From Mobula hypostoma (lineage: Eukaryota), in the NCBI RefSeq assembly GCF_963921235.1, contig NC_086108.1, positions 2,666,001 to 2,730,000 on the forward strand: a stretch of 64,000 nucleotides of DNA. Direction: 5' to 3'. Below the pieces are notes generated by a model. That model did no database searches, was not told where the DNA came from, and worked only from the letters and a program-made list of their open reading frames with translations. The stretch's first letter is position 1, and every line of letters starts with the position of its first letter. The translations under genes and the position numbers were made by a program. Below, piece by piece: positions 58,630 through 64,000 of this stretch.

Positions 58630-61600
58630 CCACTCTCAATCTCCCTCCCTCCTCTCTCAATCTCTCCTACCCCCCAAATCTATCCCTCCCCCTCAATCTC
58701 TCCCTCCCCCCCACTCTCACAATCTCCCTCCCCCTCAATCTCTCCTTCATCCCACTCTCTCAATCCCCCTCCCCCCACTCTCTCAATCTCTCCCTCCCCC
58801 CCACTCTCTCAATCTGCCACCCCCCCCCACCCTCTCAATCTCTCCCTCCCCCCACACTCTCAATCTCAGTTCCTCCTCTCTCAATCTCCCCCCCACTCTC
58901 TCAATCTCCCTCCCCCCCACTATCTCAATCTCCCACCCCCCCACTCTCTCAATCTCCCCCCAACTCCCTCAATCTGTCCCTCCACCCCACTCTCTCAATC
59001 TCTCCCTCCCCCCACACTCTCAATCTCAGTTCCTCCTCTCTCAATCTCCCCCCCACTCTCTCAGTCTCTCCCCCCACTCTCTCAATCTCCCTCTCCCCAA
59101 TCTCTCGCTCCCCCCCTCAATCTCCCTTCCCCCACCCTCTCAATCTCTCCCACCCCCACTCTCTCAATCTCCCTCCCCCCAATCTCTCAAACTCTCCCCC
59201 CACTCTCTCAATCACCCTCCCCCGCACTCACTCAATCACCCTCCCCCGCACTCACTCAATCTCTCCCTCCCCCCCACTCTCTCAATCTTCCTCCCCCCCA
59301 CTCTCTCAATATCCTACCGCCGCCCACTCTCTCAATCTCCCTCCCCCCCACTATCTCAATCTCCCACCCCCCCCACTCTCTCAATCTCCCCCCAACTCCC
59401 TCAATCTGTCCCTCCACCCCACTCTCTCAATCTCTCCCTCCCCCCACTCTCTCAATCTCTCCCTCCCCCCCACTCTCTCAATCTCCCTCCCCCCCACTCT
59501 CTCAATCTCTCTCCCCCCCACTCTCTCAATCTCTCCCTCCCCCCCACTCTCTCAATCTCCCTCCCCCCCACTCTCTCAATCTCTCTCCCCCCCACTCTCT
59601 CAATCTCTCCCTCCCCCCACTCTCTCAATCTCTCCCTCCCCCCCACTCTCTCAATCTCTCCATCCTCCCACTCTCACAATCTCCCTCCCCCCCACTCTCT
59701 CAATCTCCCTCCCCCCCACTCTCTCAATCTCCCTCGCCCCACTCTCTCAGTCTCTCCCCCCACTCTCTCAATCTCCCTCCCCCACAAACTCTCGCTCCCC
59801 CCCTCAATCTCCCTCCCCCCACCCTCTCAATCTCTCCCTCCCCCCACTCTCTCAATCACCCACCACCCCCACTCTCTCAATCTCCCCCCCACTCTCTCAA
59901 TCTCTCCCTCCCCCCAGTCTCTCAATCTCTCCCTCCCCCCACTCTCTCAATCACCCACCACCCCCACTCTCTCAATCTCCCCCCCACTCTCTCAATCTCT
60001 CCCTCCCCCCAGTCTCTCAATCTCTCCCTCCCCCCCACTCTCTCAATCTCCCTCCCCCCACTCTCTCAATCTCTCTCCCCCCCACTCTCTCAATCTCTCC
60101 CTCCCCCTGACTCTCTCAATCTCTCCCTCCCCCCACTGTCTCAATCTCCCTCCCCCTCAATCTCTCCCTCCCCCCACTCTCCCAATCTCCCTCCCCCCAC
60201 TCTCCCAATCTCCCTCCCCCCACTCTCTCAATCTGCCTCCCCCCCACTCTCTCAATCTCTCCCCCCCACTCTCTCAATCTCTCCCTCCCACTCTCTCAAT
60301 CTCCCACCCCCCCACTCTCTCAATCTCTGCCTCCCCCCACTCTCTCAATCTCTCCCTCCCCCCCACTCTCTCAATCTCTCCCTCCCCCGACTCTCTCAAT
60401 CTCCCTCACCCCCACTCCCTCAATCTCTCCCCCCCCACTCCCTCAATCTCTCCCCCACTCTCTCAATCTCTCCCCCCCACTCTCTCAATCTCTACCCCCC
60501 TCTCAAACTCTCCCTCCCCCCACTCTCTCACTCTCTCCCTCCCCCCACTCTCACTCTCTCCCTCCCCCCACTCTCTCAATCTCTCCCTCCCCCGACTCTC
60601 TCAATCTCCCTCCCCCCTCAATCTCACCCTCACCCCCACTCTCTCAATCTCCCTCCCCCCAGTCTCTCAATCTCCCTCCCCCTCAATCTCTCCCTCACCC
60701 TCACTCTCTCAAACTCCCTCCCCCCACTCTCTCAATCTCTCCCTCCCCCCCACTCTCTCAATCTCTCCCTCCCCCCACTCTCTCAATCTCCCTCCCCACT
60801 CAATCTCTCCCTCACCCTCACTCTCTCAAACTCCCTCCCCCCACTCTCTCAATCTCTCCCTCCCCCCACTCTCTCAATCTCCCGCCCCCCACTCTCTCAA
60901 TCTCTCCCTCCCCCCCCACTCTCTCAATCTCTACCCCCCTCTCAAACTCTCCCTCCCCCCACTCTCTCAATATCTCCATCCCCCCACTCTCTCAATCTCC
61001 CTCCCCCCCACTCTCTCAATCTCCCTCCCCCCACTCTCTCAATCTCTCCATCCCCCCACTCTCTCAATCTCTCCCCCCACTCTCTCAGTCTCTCCCCCCA
61101 CTCTCTCAATCTCTCCCTCCCCCCACTCCCTCAATCTCTCCAGCCCCCCCACTCTCTCAATCTCTCCCCCCCCCACTCTCTCAATCTCTCTCTCCCCCCC
61201 ACTCTTTCAATCTCTCCCTCCCCCCCACGCTCTCAATCTCTCCCTCCCCCCACTCTCTCAAACGCCCTCCCCCCACTCTCTCAATCTCTCCCTCCCCCCC
61301 ACTCTCTCAATCTCTCCCTCCCCCCCACTCTCTCAATCTCTCCCTCCCCCCACTCTCTCAATCTCCCTCCCCCCACAATCTCTCCCTCCCCCCAATCTCT
61401 CAATCACCCTCCCCCAATCTCTCAATCACCCTCCCCCGCACTCACTCAATCACCCCCCCCCGCACTCACTCAATCTCTCCCTCCCCCCCACTCTCTCAAT
61501 CTCTCCTGCCCCCCCACTCTCTCAATCTCTCCCTCCCCCCCACCCTATCAATCTCTCCCTCCCCCCCACTCTCTCAATCTCTCCCTCAGCCCACTCTCTC

Positions 61601-64000
61601 AATCTCCCTCCCCCCAACTCTCTCAATCTCTCTCCCCCCTCTCTCTCCATCTCCCTCCCCCCCACTCTCTCAATCTCTCCCCACCACTCCCTCAATCTCT
61701 CCCGCCCCCCCACTCTCTCAATCTCTCTCTCCCCACCACTCTCTCAATCTCCCTCCCCCCAACTCTCTCAATCTCCCTCGCCCTCCCCCTCAATCTCTCC
61801 CTCCCCCCCACTCTCTCAATCTCTCCCTCCCCCCACTCTCTCAATCTCTCTCTCCCCCGCGACTCTCTCAATCTCCATCCCCCCACCCTCTCAATCTCTC
61901 CCTCCCCCCCACTCTCTCAATCTCAGTCCCTCCTCTCTGAATCTCCCCCGCACTCTCTCAAGCTCTCCCCCCCACTCTCTCATCTCCCTCCCCCCACTCT
62001 CTCAGTCTCTCCCCCCACTCTCTCAATCTCCCTCCCCCCAATCTCTCGCTCCCCCCTCTCAATCTCCCTCTCCCCACCCTCTCAATCTCTCCCTCCCCCC
62101 ACTCTCTCCATCTCCCTCCCCTCTCAATCTCTCCCTCCCCCCACTCTCTCCATCTCCCTCCCCCCACTCTCTCAAACTCCCTCCCCCCCCTCTTAAACTC
62201 TCCCCCTACTCTCTCAATCACCCTCCCCCTACTCTCTCAATCACCCTCCCCCGCACTCACTCAATCACCTCCCCCGCATTCACTCAATCTCTCCCTCCCC
62301 CCCACTCTCTCAATCTCCCTCCCCCCACTCTCTCAATCTCTCCCTCCCCCCACTCTCTCAATCTCTCCCTCACCCCCCACTCTCTCAATATCTCCCCCCC
62401 ACTCTCTCAATCTCTCCCTCCCCCACTCTCTCAATCTCTCCCTCCCCCGACTCTCTCAATCTCTCCCTCCCCCCACTCTCTCAATCTCCCTCTCCCCCCA
62501 CTCTCTCAATCTCCCTCCCCCCCACTCCCTCAATCTCTCCCCCCCACTCTCTCAATCTCCCTCTCCCCCCACTCTCTCAATCTCCCTCCCCCCCACTCCC
62601 TCAATCTCTCCCCCCCACTCTCTCAATCTCTACCCCCCCCACTCTCTCAATCTCTCCCCCCCATTCTCTCAATCTCTCCCCCCACTCTCTCAATCTCCCT
62701 CCCCCCCCACTCCCTCAATCTCTCCCACCCACTCTCTCAATCTCCCTCTCCCACCACTCTCTCAATCTCCCTCCCCCCCACTCCCTCAATCACTCCCCCC
62801 CACTCTCTCAATCTCTACCCCCCCACTCTCTCAATCTCTCCCCCCCATTCTCTCAATCTCTCCCCCCCACTCTCTCAATCTTCATCCCCCCACTCTCTCA
62901 ATCTCCGTCCCCCCACTCTCTCAATCTCTCCCTCCCCCACTCTCTCAATCTCCCTCCCCCCACTCTCTCAATCTCCCTCCCCCACTATCTCAATCTCTCC
63001 CTCCCCCCAAATCTCTTCCTCCCCCTCAATCTCTCCCTCCCCCGACTCTCTCAATCTCCCTCCCCTCAATCGCTTCCTCACCCCCACTCTCTCAATCTCT
63101 CCCCCCACTCTCTCAATCTCCCTCCCCCCCACTCTCTCAATCTCCCTCCCCCCACTCTCTCAATCTCTCCCTCCGCCCACTCTCTCAATCTCTCCCTCCC
63201 CCCACTCTCTCAATCTCCCTCCCCCCACTCTCTCAATCTGTCCCTCCCCCCACTCTCTCAATCTGTCCCTCCCCCCACTCTCTCAATCTGTCCCTCCCCC
63301 CAACTCTCTCAATCTCTCCCTCCCCCCACTCTCTCAGTCTCTCCCCCCACTCTCTCAATCTCCCTCCCCCACAAACTCTCGCTCCTCCCCCTCAATCTCA
63401 CTCCCCCCACCCTCTCAATCTCTCCCTCCCCCCACTCTCTCAATCTCCCACCCCCCCACTCTCTCAATCTCCCCCCAACTCTCTCAATCTGTCCTTCCCC
63501 CCCACTCTCTCAATCTCTCCCTCCCCCCACTCTCTCAATCTCTCCCGCCCCCCCACTCTCTCAATCTCTCCCTCCCCCCAGTCTCTCAATCTCCCTCCCC
63601 CCACTCTCTCAATCTCTCTCCCCCCACTCTCTCAATCTCTCCCTCCCCCCGACTCTCTCAATCTCTCCCTCCCCCCACTGTCTCAATCTCCCCCCCACTC
63701 TCTCAATCACTCCCTCCCCCCACTCTCTCAATCTCTCCCTCCCACTCTCTCAATCTCTCCCTCCCCCCACTCTCTCAATGTCTCCCCCCCACTCTCTCAA
63801 TCTCTCCCTCCCCCCGACTCTCTCAATCTCTCCCTCCCACCACTCTCTCAATCTCCCTCTCCCCCCACTCTCTCAATCTCCCTCCCCCCACTCTCTCAAT
63901 CTCTCCCTACCCCCGACTCTCTCAATCTCTCCATCCCACCACTCTCTCAATCTCCCTCCCCCCACTCTCTCAAACTCTCCCTCCCCCCACTCTCTCAATC
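58630..64000 (+). repeat. Pyrimidine-rich degenerate minisatellite (~22-27 bp unit), running off the window end
   Basis: Core ccccactctctcaatctc(tc)cctcc repeated for more than 5.3 kb, almost no G on the + strand. Confidence 0.97.

Noticed and set aside
58471..62196. 1241-aa proline/serine-rich ORF (extensin- or mucin-like)
   Set aside because: Non-ATG start, lies within a G-poor minisatellite that rarely forms stops, no domain, and the repeat continues past the stop.

Overview
Eukaryotic, repeat-dense vertebrate genomic DNA. The repeat families (CR1/HER1-type LINEs, V-SINE/HE1-like SINEs, Penelope and Rex/Babar elements) suggest a cartilaginous fish, probably a ray; this is inference. The only host gene I can firmly support is the 3' half of a + strand inositol-tetrakisphosphate 1-kinase (ITPK1-like) gene. 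It has five GT-AG coding exons (3324-3364, 6095-6260, 10985-11052, 29694-29856, 43129-43412) that splice in frame, and it looks like a divergent paralog with Gln at the position of human His162. Nearly everything else is transposon debris: many CR1, Rex/Babar and Penelope-like fragments, a decayed Gypsy element carrying three nested insertions, Tc1/mariner and hAT MITEs, and SINEs. There is also a degenerate tRNA-Asp(GTC) and four tandem arrays. Three arrays (61, 95 and 69 bp units) grew inside three different retrotransposons, including a ~12.5 kb G-rich array in an ITPK1 intron whose single-copy progenitor is visible at ~39550. The Penelope termini carry minimal hammerhead-ribozyme motifs and form fold-back palindromes. 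Most ORFs in the track, including the 1241-aa one, are repeat artefacts. No databases were searched; family assignments come from motif recognition, and comparisons with human ITPK1 are from memory.
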